Positions 17,639 to 26,984 of a DNA stretch of 40,878 nucleotides are shown here, piece after piece. The stretch lies in IMG/VR virus record IMGVR_UViG_2541047787_000006, positions 1 through 40,878 of that record. One strand, 5' to 3'. The first letter of the stretch is position 1; every line of letters starts with the position of its first letter. The position numbers and the translations under genes are program-made. Origin of the DNA: a virus (taxonomy: Duplodnaviria > Heunggongvirae > Uroviricota > Caudoviricetes). The notes beneath the pieces were generated by a model. The model saw only the letters and a program-made list of their open reading frames with translations, was not told the origin of the DNA and did no database searches.

Positions 17639-20109
17639 CAGAATCCCCCAACAGTAAGACGAGGAATAACGGCAAGAACAGACAGCGGCAACGGATCGAG
17701 CTGACGGATTTTTACACGTCCGTTTTTGCCCCAGTTACTGTCCAGTTTCACTTCTACTTTTCCGGTAGCGTCATCAACAGGATCATCGTAGAACTCGAAT
17801 TCACGCTGTGGATATTCGTACCATTTACCGCCGGGCGTAGTCGCCCAGATGCCGCGACTGGCATTCACAACAAGAGTAACGGACGGGATCACCTGTTTTT
17901 TGTCCAGCAGCGTTTCCTGTCCGTTAATGTTGATATCCAGTGTTTCGAATTCAGCAGTTATTGGCAGGCCGATGTGCACAACAGCCCCAGGTGATTCCAG
18001 CGTGACGGCACCTCCGGAAACCACTTTCTGTGGTTCCACGTTCGCATCAGAGAGAATGTTTACGGTCTGGCCTTCAAGATGAGACAGGCCTCCAAATGTC
18101 CGGCGCGCCATCTGCCAGTACGTGGTGGCCACATTCCTGAGGGATGGCGGGACGTTCCTGTTAGCACGAACCACTACAGCGGTATTGCTGGTTACAGAAA
18201 TAATGTCGCAACGTAATTCTTTTGACACTTCATCGCCAGTATCAGGATCAGTTCCGGTATAAGGGAACTGTAGTTGCGCGCCGACATCACTACTGGTGAA
18301 GTACGCACCACCAGAAACACTGATTGTATATTCCGCACGGTAATCCCATTCACCAGAACCACCAGTGATGGTCATCGTTCTGTCAGACGTATTTCTTCCA
18401 TCATAGCTAAGGCCAGAATCAACAAAGAAAGCATCTTCATCGCTGGTAAATAAACGGCTGGACAGCCTCTCGATGTATCTCACTGTTTGCCCGTTAACGG
18501 TTCGGTTAACGACGAAATACACCGCATCTTCATTGCCTTCGCTGATACTGCATGTGCTTTCATATTTTCCGGTACTGGATTGTGGTGCCCATGCAAAAAC
18601 CTGCTGATCACGCAAATAGGTCATCACCAGTAATTTACCGTCATCACGAATGCAGAAGGCGCTGGAGTAAGGGACAATAGAGAAGCACCAGTCAACAATG
18701 CTGTGCTTCTGAAAAAGATGATTGGCAAGGATGGTCAGGTCGTTCCCCTGATAGCCGTCAACATCGAATGAGTAGGCCAGATCACGGACAACGCTGCCTT
18801 TCTCCTGGACGAACAGAGCAATATTCGCCACAGCAATTGGTGGGACGTTGCTTGAGCCATTTGATCCCTGAGAGCTGAATGCAAATGATGATGGGGTTAA
18901 CACTTTGTTCTGGTCGCCGGTGATGACGTACTCACCTCCGGAAGTCAGCGCCACCAGAGAACCAACATCAATCAGGTGACGGATCTCATTAACCTGACGC
19001 CCGGCATAGGTGTAGATAATTCTGTCGTCATCCTGCGTAGGATTGCTTTTGCCAAAATCCTTATAATCCCCGGTACGGCTGGCCCAGATAGTCTGAGGGA
19101 ACGCAGTCGATGCGGCGAAGTAAAGACGTTGTTGATAATAAACAACAGTGCCAGGATAACCATTAACACTGTTCCAGGCATATTTAGCCCATTTATAGCT
19201 GGCATTATCCTCGCCCACGACCTGCGAAGGGATATAGGAAATCACCTCGGCAGTTGCAGTAGTTCCATTTGCAGCAGTGATACGGGCAATGCCAAAACCA
19301 CTGTGCAGATATTCCCACTCAATGCCAGTATCATCATCACCGGATCCGCCCCAACCATCCCATGATGTGCCTTCTGTATGCGAAGGGCGCAAAGTACCTG
19401 TTTTGCCTGCTGTAACGGCGCGATAGTAGTTACTGTCTGCACGGCGAATATCGCCAATCGACGTACTCTTACTGGTTTCCCATACCGGCACAGAATCCAC
19501 TGCAGGCTGTTCCAGATAGAACAATTTGCCTGCCTGCTCCGCGCCAAAAATAGAGGCGCTTGCCGTTAACGTAATTGTCCCGGTGCTGGCGCTGGCATAA
19601 ACCGTCACTGACTCATCAATATTGATATCTTCAAATGGCCCGTTCTTCGTTACCACATCAACCAGTTGCCAGTTGTCATGCGCATAGCGGCGCAGCTCTT
19701 TCGGCGGGTATGCCGGGTGAACCAGCGTAAGCACGTCGGCGCTTTGCGTGAATTTAATTCGGAACAGATCGGCTTCAGTATATGGCGTGGCAATTTCATA
19801 AATAACATTGCTGCTGTTCAGCACCAACGCACCATCTTTGATAACGCGCATGTACTGGTGTCCGAACTCCAGAGCATAGGTCTGAACCGTCGAGAACTGG
19901 AACGGGATCAGGCGGCATTTCCGATTTGGGTATTTGGCGGCACCGACAAAACGCGTACCAGGTCGATTCTCAACGCCGCCATACTGCCGCACGATAAAGT
20001 TATCGCACTTGCGCAATGCCACCTGGTACTTCGCCATGTCGATACGACCGTACAACGACGGTCCAATCTCGCCACCGGCAAAGCTGGGCTGGATCCAACT
20101 GATAGCCAT
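17638..20109 (-). CDS. Tail tubular protein B (nozzle), T7 gp12-like
   Basis: 823 aa; N-terminal pattern ISWIQPSFAGGEIGP resembles the gp12 N-terminus; follows tubular protein A. Confidence 0.55.
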   Translation of the reverse strand: MAISWIQPSFAGGEIGPSLYGRIDMAKYQVALRKCDNFIVRQYGGVENRPGTRFVGAAKYPNRKCRLIPFQFSTVQTYALEFGHQYMRVIKDGALVLNSSNVIYEIATPYTEADLFRIKFTQSADVLTLVHPAYPPKELRRYAHDNWQLVDVVTKNGPFEDINIDESVTVYASASTGTITLTASASIFGAEQAGKLFYLEQPAVDSVPVWETSKSTSIGDIRRADSNYYRAVTAGKTGTLRPSHTEGTSWDGWGGSGDDDTGIEWEYLHSGFGIARITAANGTTATAEVISYIPSQVVGEDNASYKWAKYAWNSVNGYPGTVVYYQQRLYFAASTAFPQTIWASRTGDYKDFGKSNPTQDDDRIIYTYAGRQVNEIRHLIDVGSLVALTSGGEYVITGDQNKVLTPSSFAFSSQGSNGSSNVPPIAVANIALFVQEKGSVVRDLAYSFDVDGYQGNDLTILANHLFQKHSIVDWCFSIVPYSSAFCIRDDGKLLVMTYLRDQQVFAWAPQSSTGKYESTCSISEGNEDAVYFVVNRTVNGQTVRYIERLSSRLFTSDEDAFFVDSGLSYDGRNTSDRTMTITGGSGEWDYRAEYTISVSGGAYFTSSDVGAQLQFPYTGTDPDTGDEVSKELRCDIISVTSNTAVVVRANRNVPPSLRNVATTYWQMARRTFGGLSHLEGQTVNILSDANVEPQKVVSGGAVTLESPGAVVHIGLPITAEFETLDININGQETLLDKKQVIPSVTLVVNASRGIWATTPGGKWYEYPQREFEFYDDPVDDATGKVEVKLDSNWGKNGRVKIRQLDPLPLSVLAVIPRLTVGGF

Positions 20110-20717
20110 CAGGACAACCTCGCAATGGTAAACTCGTCAACCGGTGGCTGTGGTTCCTGTGATTCATTCTGGCTATGCGAGCCAGCACTAAGAATCACGC
20201 GATTGTACATATTGAGGGCAAACGTACCGAGGTCTGCATTCCCAGTCAGCGCCATGTTAATAGCTGCCGCAAGACGCCAGGCCAACGCCTCCATAAAAAT
20301 GGCATCAAACATGTTCACATCTGAAACGCGAGAGACATACTTGAGCCATGCCTGCGGCTGGTCTGTGTAGATCAACTTTCCTGTTCCGTTGGTGTCTGCA
20401 CCAACTTCGTACTGAACGCGCATTGCTGCTGTTGGATTGCGTACACCAGGAAGCATAATTTCAGTAATGCGCAGACAATCGGACGGGTACTGGTACGCAT
20501 ATTCCCAGTCAGGCGGTGGATTGCTCGTATCTGCAAGCGCCACGCGTTTGGTAGCAAAGTTCCAGTCAAAATCAGAAAGAACAGCATCACGGCAGGCCTC
20601 AAAGTGCAGCGAACATTCCCCCGCTTCCTTGCTGGCTTCCGTCAGGCTGTTAATGCTGCGGCTGTTGCCAATATTGGACAGCGCACGATTACAGATCTCT
20701 ACTACAGAGGCCATCAC
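20109..20717 (-). CDS. Tail tubular protein A / adaptor, T7 gp11-like
   Basis: 202 aa; N-terminal VVEICNRALSNIGNSRSINSLTEA resembles the gp11 N-terminus; position. Confidence 0.55.
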   Translation of the reverse strand: MMASVVEICNRALSNIGNSRSINSLTEASKEAGECSLHFEACRDAVLSDFDWNFATKRVALADTSNPPPDWEYAYQYPSDCLRITEIMLPGVRNPTAAMRVQYEVGADTNGTGKLIYTDQPQAWLKYVSRVSDVNMFDAIFMEALAWRLAAAINMALTGNADLGTFALNMYNRVILSAGSHSQNESQEPQPPVDEFTIARLS

Positions 20718-21043
20718 TCACCTCCGTTACCGTACAGAGTTTCAGCCGCTGATTTTTCTACATCCCTGGAAACAGGAGCGATCGCCATATCAGTGATCTG
20801 CAGATCGGCGCTGCGATTAACACCATCGTCAGTTTCTCTGGCAGACAGGCCTCGAATAACAGCCTTTGCAGTTATCATCACTTCTGTTCCGACGCCCTGA
20901 GGTTGCGCCTTCAGCTTATTCAATGTGTCGTTATTAAGAGTGATGCACAGCCCCCACGGGTATTCATCGCGAGTTCTGGTTTCTCCGCTCTCATCCTGGT
21001 AGCTGTCAGTGCCGGTTTTGAGGTTTACGAGTTCCATATACAC
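20714..21043 (-). CDS. Virion-module protein, unknown function
   Basis: 109 aa ORF in structural operon, overlapping the downstream start. Confidence 0.4.
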   Translation of the reverse strand: MYMELVNLKTGTDSYQDESGETRTRDEYPWGLCITLNNDTLNKLKAQPQGVGTEVMITAKAVIRGLSARETDDGVNRSADLQITDMAIAPVSRDVEKSAAETLYGNGGE

Positions 21044-21087
21044 TCCTGCAATAAAGGGGCCGAAGCCCCTTGTCTGATTCGCGAGGC

Positions 21088-21432
21088 TTACACGCCCAGT
21101 TCTTTACGCTTATCTGCGATCTTCTCGCGGAGCGTTTCGGCTTTGGCGTTATGGTGTGGCTTCTCGTTAAAGAGCAATTCGTACTCTTCACGGAGCTTAT
21201 CCAGTTCACCATCATCTGACACATCGTTGATGATTTTGGTGCTGGTTGCTGCCATAGTCACCTTTCCTGCTACCTTTGCTTTTGCCTGTCTGGCTGCATC
21301 GTTAACAGGTTCCAGTGCGCTACCAGGCTCACCTTCGTATTCGATTTCTGCCCCCTCCGGCCACAGTGTGTTATGGATATGAGAGAGGCGCAGAACGCGG
21401 TATCTTGGTTTCTCACCTGACATCGAAATCAC
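21088..21432 (-). CDS. Virion-module protein, unknown function
   Basis: 114 aa ORF between the decoration-like protein and tail genes. Confidence 0.4.
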   Translation of the reverse strand: MISMSGEKPRYRVLRLSHIHNTLWPEGAEIEYEGEPGSALEPVNDAARQAKAKVAGKVTMAATSTKIINDVSDDGELDKLREEYELLFNEKPHHNAKAETLREKIADKRKELGV

Positions 21433-21433
21433 C

Positions 21434-21871
21434 TTAACCAGTTACTTTTGAGCGGATCGGGTACGGTGTATTGGCATCAACATCCAGACTAATACCCGCA
21501 GTGAATTTGCCGGCCGTTAGTGGGCCAGTTGCGACGGAGTAGTTAACACGCAGATATCGCTGAACACCGGCAGGCACCTTTGCAGAAACAACTCGTTTAC
21601 CTGCTGTCAGGGCGGTCTTTGCCAGTGCGCCACTATCATAAATAGTGGTCCATGAGCTGTTATTCTCACTCGTCTGCAACTGGATGTTTACAGTTGCATC
21701 ACCGCTTGCCGCGGCGGCTGTGTTAACCAGCGCCCAAAACTCAAGCGGGTAACCAACGCCGATATCACGACGCTTTCCGTCAATTGGACCGAGATCGATT
21801 ACGTCAGTAGAAGCCGCGGTATTCGTAACCGCCTGAGCTTCGGAGAACATCAACAGTTTGTCGGTGATCAT
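21434..21871 (-). CDS. Putative capsid decoration or minor head protein
   Basis: 145 aa, beta-rich Thr/Ala/Val composition, directly downstream of the major capsid gene. Confidence 0.4.
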   Translation of the reverse strand: MITDKLLMFSEAQAVTNTAASTDVIDLGPIDGKRRDIGVGYPLEFWALVNTAAAASGDATVNIQLQTSENNSSWTTIYDSGALAKTALTAGKRVVSAKVPAGVQRYLRVNYSVATGPLTAGKFTAGISLDVDANTPYPIRSKVTG

Positions 21872-21922
21872 CTTCTTTCTCCATTAGTGGGTCTGTTACG
21901 ACCCACAGGTTAATAACAGGCG

Positions 21923-22915
21923 TTACACCACGCGGGCTTCTGTTTCCAGAAGCGCATCAGTTTCACGGATTGGTACACCACGGAATGAAGTCCACCACTC
22001 GCCTTCTGTCTCTTTTACGCTGATCGCCAGAGATGTTTTCTCCAGAGATTGCAGATCAAGAGCCTGGCCTACAGTGCGGTTCATGTAGAACACCGGGCGA
22101 CCCATTCCACGGTTTGGAATGCGATGCAGTGCTTTAACCATCAACTTCGCAATATTTGCGGCAGAGGAAGGTTCTGAAAGATTGCTGACATCGATGTTTG
22201 CAATGCGAACAACATAACGCCAGTCACGCAGAGCAAGTCCGTTGTCCCATTTGTAATGGGTGCGATAGCCTTCGTACTTGCCGCCATTAGCATCTTCCAG
22301 TGTCACCTGGCCTTTATCTTCCATCTGGATGCCAGCCTTCTGCCCTTTCGGGAAGATGCCATGCACGGTGTTTTCGCCCCACACCACTAACCAGATTGAG
22401 GTGTTATCTGTACCCGTGCCACCAGCATCAATGATGTTCTGAGCATTACCCGCAGACAGGCTGGAATAGCGGGAGGACAGTCCCATAAACTGCTGAGGGT
22501 TAACGCTGGAATCACCATAAAACAGCGTCTGCGCCATCTGCTGATTCATCGCTTCAATAAATGCGCGGTCTTCAGACAGGCGGAATTCAGCGGTATTGCC
22601 GTTCAGATCTGCCAGTGATTTATCGACTTCAGCATAGGTTTCCAGCATGCCAACGGAATCGGTTACCTGCACTGTGGTTGATTTGCTTGGCTGTACGCCA
22701 TAGTTCAGCAAACGCCAGGTAGCTGAAGGTAAACCAGAACGAATGGTGGTTCGGTGTCCGGTAGGAAGGTTCCCTTCGACAAAAGGCATATCCTGAAGGA
22801 TCGGGTTAGTTTGACCGAGAAGCTCGATAATCTTATCGACTTTCCCGTTTGGATCGACGCGCTTACCCCAGTCAGCCAGCGTTAGCGCAGTTAAGCCTTT
22901 AACAGCCATTGTCAT
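21923..22915 (-). CDS. Major capsid protein
   Basis: 330 aa, follows scaffold-like gene; size and position typical of a podovirus major capsid protein. Confidence 0.75.
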   Translation of the reverse strand: MTMAVKGLTALTLADWGKRVDPNGKVDKIIELLGQTNPILQDMPFVEGNLPTGHRTTIRSGLPSATWRLLNYGVQPSKSTTVQVTDSVGMLETYAEVDKSLADLNGNTAEFRLSEDRAFIEAMNQQMAQTLFYGDSSVNPQQFMGLSSRYSSLSAGNAQNIIDAGGTGTDNTSIWLVVWGENTVHGIFPKGQKAGIQMEDKGQVTLEDANGGKYEGYRTHYKWDNGLALRDWRYVVRIANIDVSNLSEPSSAANIAKLMVKALHRIPNRGMGRPVFYMNRTVGQALDLQSLEKTSLAISVKETEGEWWTSFRGVPIRETDALLETEARVV

Positions 22916-22923
22916 TTCCTCTC

Positions 22924-23625
22924 TTATTTGCCATAGAGCACTTCGGCCGCACTACGCTGGCCTTCATTACCACCGGTGACCATGCCATCTTCAGACATCG
23001 CCTTTCCGATTTTCACGAACGTTTTGACCAGATCAGGGTGATTACCCAGCCCGGTGGTGTTCAGATATTCTTTGAGTTCAGGTGTCCCGAACTGGTCAAG
23101 CGCACGCTGTGCGGCGCTAAGGTTAGAAATCAACTTGTCGCCACCGATTTCTTTGTCAGCTTTTACATCCGCAGCCCACTGCTCGGTTGTTTTCTGCCAG
23201 GCTTCTGCCTGGCGCTGCTGAACACCTGCCAGAATCTTCGGATAAGCATCAACCAGCTTTTGCGCTTGCTCGTTGGTCAGGTTAAGTTCTCGCGCCACCG
23301 GCTCGAATTCCTTCAACGCTTCTGTATCCAGCTCTACGCCTTCGGCAGCCTGAAACTCGTACTTCTCAGGCGCACCCTCTGGTTTATCGCCGTCCTTTTT
23401 TTCATCCTGCTTATCGTTTTCAGACTTTTTGTCATCAGCAGGTTTATCGCCATCAGCAACAGGTTGTGGCTTATCACCTTCCTGTTGTGATGGATCACCA
23501 ACTGGAGCAGGGTTATCACCTGCAGGCGCTGACGGTTCTGACGCAGCCGGAGCTGCTCCACCATCGACTGGTTGCTCATTGCAAAGACGGCGATACAGCA
23601 AACGCTCAAATAAATTCATGATCAC
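22924..23625 (-). CDS. Putative scaffolding protein
   Basis: Acidic, Pro/Asp/Lys-rich low-complexity N-terminus followed by helical C-terminus; between portal and capsid genes. Confidence 0.5.
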   Translation of the reverse strand: MIMNLFERLLYRRLCNEQPVDGGAAPAASEPSAPAGDNPAPVGDPSQQEGDKPQPVADGDKPADDKKSENDKQDEKKDGDKPEGAPEKYEFQAAEGVELDTEALKEFEPVARELNLTNEQAQKLVDAYPKILAGVQQRQAEAWQKTTEQWAADVKADKEIGGDKLISNLSAAQRALDQFGTPELKEYLNTTGLGNHPDLVKTFVKIGKAMSEDGMVTGGNEGQRSAAEVLYGK

Positions 23626-23918
23626 TCCTGTTCACTGGCCTCTTTGGCCATCTTCAAATACTGTTCAGGGCAATGCGCCATAACGCGCTGAAACAGTTCC
23701 AGCGCCAGATTGCGTTGCCCCTCATTAAATGCCATTGCCATAGCGTCCATCGGCGAGATAGCGGAAAACACACGACCTTTCTCCAGCACCGACCAGACAA
23801 CGCGACGCCCCTGTTCACTGCTCATGACAAAGCGAATGTCATCAATTTCACGCTGTGCCATGTCACGTTGCTTACGGGCGTTTTCTTCTTTCAGTTGATC
23901 ATCTTCGTAATCTGTCAT
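23622..23918 (-). CDS. Small acidic protein between portal and scaffold genes
   Basis: 98 aa, overlapping starts and stops with its neighbours. Confidence 0.4.
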   Translation of the reverse strand: MTDYEDDQLKEENARKQRDMAQREIDDIRFVMSSEQGRRVVWSVLEKGRVFSAISPMDAMAMAFNEGQRNLALELFQRVMAHCPEQYLKMAKEASEQE

Positions 23919-25594
23919 TGTGATTGCCCACCCTGACCACTAACTGCATTCGCCATAGCTGACAAAACACTCGGATCCGAAGTTTTAGCTTCGCTTAGCG
24001 TCTTGGCACCCTGTGCCGCCGCCATCCCCATCGTCATCATTTGTTGCTGCTGTTGTTGCTGTGCCCGTTGCTGGCGAGCCTGCTCAACCTGTTCCTGCGG
24101 AACAATGACGGTTGGAGACACTCCGGACATATCAGCGAATGCATCGATCGCCTGATCAACATTGAGTTTGTCGAGAGCTTCTGGTTTCGCTTGCGCAAGT
24201 TGACCAATGAAGTTGACCGTAGACGCCAGACTGGACAGGCCGATAGACTTCTGCGCCTGAGCCATGACAGAAATGTATTCGACCTTCAGGGGCATACCTT
24301 CCATCGCGTCAGGCGGTGGCGGCAGCATGTTTTTACGCACCATCATCGAGAAAGCGCGGTCAATGAGAGGATTAAGACATTCGTCGTTCAGACGCTCCAG
24401 AACCGGCCCCAACATCAGAAGTTTTTCTTCTTTCATTTCGATCACCGCTTCAACAGGCATCGAGCGGGTATTGATGTTCTGCAACATCATGAACAGATCG
24501 ACAAAGTAGGCGCTGTTAATGATTTGACGAGTGTCCTGAATGTCTGCCACCAAATCTGCTGTACTGGGGTTAACCAGATAAGCAGGCCTGAAGCCATCCT
24601 GACCAGTAATCTGATCGATATACGTGATGTCGCCAGGAAGAAGGGAGGCGCGCTGATTCTTGAGGGAAGTCGGAGCAACCATCGGCGGATTGGTGGCTTT
24701 ATCAATCAACTGCGACTTGCGTTTCTGGAGAAGCTGCAATGCCTTAACAGGTCCAAGCGCCAGCATACCCGGGCATGATGATCCATAAACATCTTCGCCA
24801 TTAACTTCCCAGCGCGGAGCCATAATTGGAAACTCATCGAATCCGGACTCACGCAACAACTTGTCGTTATCGCCACCAACCTCGTAATAAACCGATTTGA
24901 ATGGCTTGTTCTTGCTATCCAGCTTCGATGTATCGCGGTCAATGTTCGGGTAAACCGAATGCATCACTTCAATCCACTTCTCGTAGGTGCCGCTTTCCCA
25001 CATGCTTTTTACGGATTCGCTGACGTTATTTAGTCCGAATTCCTGAACAAGCTGACGAACAGTCATAGAGAACTTGCGAAAACAGGTGTCCACACTGCCA
25101 CGAGGTGAGTTAGCCAGGTAGTAACTGCCTATCGGGAATGGCATTGTGCGAATGATGTCCTCGTCATCCTCCAGCACCGCCATTGCACCAGTGCTGTATG
25201 TGCCGAGGCTTCCGTATAACTGCGGAAGAGACTGGTAGAGATTCGACTTATTGAACATATCGTTCATGCGGTTCTGCACCGCCTCAAGCCACAACTTAAC
25301 AGGGCCATAATCCATCATTTCAGGATCTGGCGTAGCCAGGCGAAACCACGGACGCGCGGGGCTTGTGATGCCTGACATCATGCCGCTGGCGAGAGTGCGC
25401 GCCGCCATAGTCCCGGTCGAATCAATAATGCGTGTATTGCGTCGATCGTTACGGTTGACCTCAGAAGTCAGAAAGCGGGAACCACGCGGGTTGATGTAAT
25501 CACTCAACTCGCGCCAGTGCGGCTCGAACGACTGACGCTCGCTTTCAAGTTGTGCGAACTGTTTGTTCAATCGCTCTTTAGTTGTTTCCGCCAT
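23915..25594 (-). CDS. Portal (head-to-tail connector) protein
   Basis: 559 aa; follows terminase genes; poly-Gln C-terminal tail; size and position of a podovirus portal. Confidence 0.8.
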   Translation of the reverse strand: MAETTKERLNKQFAQLESERQSFEPHWRELSDYINPRGSRFLTSEVNRNDRRNTRIIDSTGTMAARTLASGMMSGITSPARPWFRLATPDPEMMDYGPVKLWLEAVQNRMNDMFNKSNLYQSLPQLYGSLGTYSTGAMAVLEDDEDIIRTMPFPIGSYYLANSPRGSVDTCFRKFSMTVRQLVQEFGLNNVSESVKSMWESGTYEKWIEVMHSVYPNIDRDTSKLDSKNKPFKSVYYEVGGDNDKLLRESGFDEFPIMAPRWEVNGEDVYGSSCPGMLALGPVKALQLLQKRKSQLIDKATNPPMVAPTSLKNQRASLLPGDITYIDQITGQDGFRPAYLVNPSTADLVADIQDTRQIINSAYFVDLFMMLQNINTRSMPVEAVIEMKEEKLLMLGPVLERLNDECLNPLIDRAFSMMVRKNMLPPPPDAMEGMPLKVEYISVMAQAQKSIGLSSLASTVNFIGQLAQAKPEALDKLNVDQAIDAFADMSGVSPTVIVPQEQVEQARQQRAQQQQQQQMMTMGMAAAQGAKTLSEAKTSDPSVLSAMANAVSGQGGQSQ

Positions 25595-25608
25595 TTCAAT
25601 GACTCCGG

Positions 25609-25815
25609 TTACTGACCAAGCAGCGTTTTACCGCTGGTATTAGCGGTTGATGTGTCGCCCTGAGAACCGGTAAGCAGCGTAGAACTACGACCAGCAGCAG
25701 CGCGACGGCGACGTGTTTCTTCGTCGCGGGCATCAACAACGGCGGCATCCTGCTCCTGTGGTGCTGCCTGAACTTCTGGTGTTGCAGGCACTGATGGTGA
25801 GCTACCCATGCACAT
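25609..25815 (-). CDS. Small low-complexity protein upstream of portal
   Basis: GGAG RBS upstream of the ATG at 25815; 68 aa; weak support. Confidence 0.3.
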   Translation of the reverse strand: MCMGSSPSVPATPEVQAAPQEQDAAVVDARDEETRRRRAAAGRSSTLLTGSQGDTSTANTSGKTLLGQ

Positions 25816-25904
25816 ATCAATGACTCCGTACGCAATTAAATTATTACCAATTTAACCACATATGATTTATTTATCGTAGATAGTTGACATTTAACGCACG
25901 AATT

Positions 25905-25919
25905 ATTACCTTTCAGGTA
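25905..25919. promoter_or_regulatory. Operator palindrome TTACCTTTCAGGTAA, with TTGACA hexamer at 25883-25888
   Basis: Perfect TTACC-N5-GGTAA dyad; nearly identical to the site at 5637. Confidence 0.45.
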
Positions 25920-26242
25920 AGCAAAGAGTTCATTCCGGTTATTAACCTGACTGGCTTGTCGTTAAATTGAACAGGTGGAGTGAGCTTTTATTTTGAGCAG
26001 TACGGCGTATGGCACATGCGCCGATAGCGGTCTGGATACGTTTAAGGGGCACCCTCCCTTGCTCGAGCAAACGAACCAGGTAGCCGGAATGTGCAAGTCG
26101 AGCGGTTTTATTCCGCGCACGGGGATTCACCATCCCGGCGATTCGGTGTGACGCCTCGGAAGAGACGAGGGTGCAACGATGAGAGCATTTATGGAGCCGC
26201 GACAAAGTGTGGCGCCTTAACAGGCTAAGTGCTCTCAGCGTT

Positions 26243-26319
26243 GTGGCATTAGCTCAGTTGGACAGAGCAACCGCCTTCTAAGCGGTTGGTCGCAGGTTCG
26301 AATCCTGCATGCCACGCCA
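26243..26319 (+). tRNA. tRNA-Arg, anticodon UCU
   Basis: Cloverleaf read by hand: acceptor GTGGCAT/ATGCCAC, D-arm GCTC..GAGC, anticodon stem ACCGC/GCGGT with loop CTTCTAA, T-arm GCAGG-TTCGAAT-CCTGC, discriminator G and CCA. Confidence 0.85.
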
Positions 26320-26362
26320 GAATCACGCCTAAGGACCGTGATGCCAGAAGTTCCAGGGGCTT

Positions 26363-26404
26363 GGCGGTGATGGTTTCCCTTGAAGGACTATCACCGCCCT
26401 TTTT
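26363..26404 (+). terminator. Rho-independent terminator downstream of the tRNA
   Basis: Stem GGCGGTGAT / ATCACCGCC followed by CTTTTT. Confidence 0.55.
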
Positions 26405-26482
26405 ACAGCAGGACGCCATTGCGATGACTTCATGCTGTAAACCAGTACAGCCACGGAAGGCATAACTCATTGCTTCCAGTTC

Positions 26483-26506
26483 GCCCGGTTCGCCGGGCAT
26501 TTTTTT
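26483..26506 (+). terminator. Second rho-independent terminator
   Basis: Stem GCCCGG / CCGGGC followed by seven T. Confidence 0.6.
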
Positions 26507-26522
26507 AAGGTGAGATTAGACT

Positions 26523-26894
26523 ATGAGTGACAAAGACATTGAATCTGAAATTCAGGCTAAAGGTTTAGCCGCGCCGCGCGTTACGCCAGACCATATCGAG
26601 AGCATTATTGCTCAGGAGGCATATTTCACAGCAGAAGATGGTGCCTTTGGCGTAGCCATAAAAGCGAAACATACTGGCGGAGAGGTAAACTACCAGCCGC
26701 ACGAATCACTTTCTCTGCTGACGTTCTGCGTCCTGGTGCTGCGCAACGGCTTCACCGTCACCGGAGAGAGCGCCTGTGCAAGCCCGGAAAACTTTGATGC
26801 AGAAATTGGTCGGAAGATTGCCCGACAGAATGCTGTAAACAAAATCTGGATGCTTGAAGGTTACTTGCTGAAGCAGAAGTTAAGCGAGCAATAA
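26523..26894 (+). CDS. Conserved phage protein, possibly N4 gp49 / Sf6 gp66 family
   Basis: AAGGTGAG RBS; 123 aa; family assignment is from memory only; oriented opposite to the flanking late genes. Confidence 0.5.
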   Translation: MSDKDIESEIQAKGLAAPRVTPDHIESIIAQEAYFTAEDGAFGVAIKAKHTGGEVNYQPHESLSLLTFCVLVLRNGFTVTGESACASPENFDAEIGRKIARQNAVNKIWMLEGYLLKQKLSEQ

Positions 26895-26913
26895 CACCGT
26901 GACATATCACAAA

Positions 26914-26941
26914 CAGCCAGCCTATGAGCTGGCTTTGTTTT
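26914..26941 (+). terminator. Terminator after the plus-strand insert
   Basis: Stem GCCAGC / GCTGGC followed by TTTGTTTT. Confidence 0.5.
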
Positions 26942-26984
26942 ATCCTCATCAGAGGATATCAACAACATTATCCCCTCAAGCGGA

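Noticed and set aside
19666-20370. 234-aa plus-strand ORF antisense to the tubular protein genes, and similar antisense ORFs at 24041-24778 and 27721-28227
   Set aside because: Embedded in the portal, tubular and terminase genes on the opposite strand; composition and lack of start context indicate spurious ORFs
26040-26242. Possible second tRNA upstream of tRNA-Arg
   Set aside because: No acceptor stem, D-arm and T-arm combination could be assembled by eye; left as an unexplained structured region (see findings) rather than called as a tRNA
25942-26500. Minus-strand ORFs 25942-26205 and 26249-26500 overlapping the tRNA region
   Set aside because: The second one overlaps the tRNA-Arg gene and its terminators, and neither has a credible start; the region is better explained as noncoding RNA or regulatory sequence
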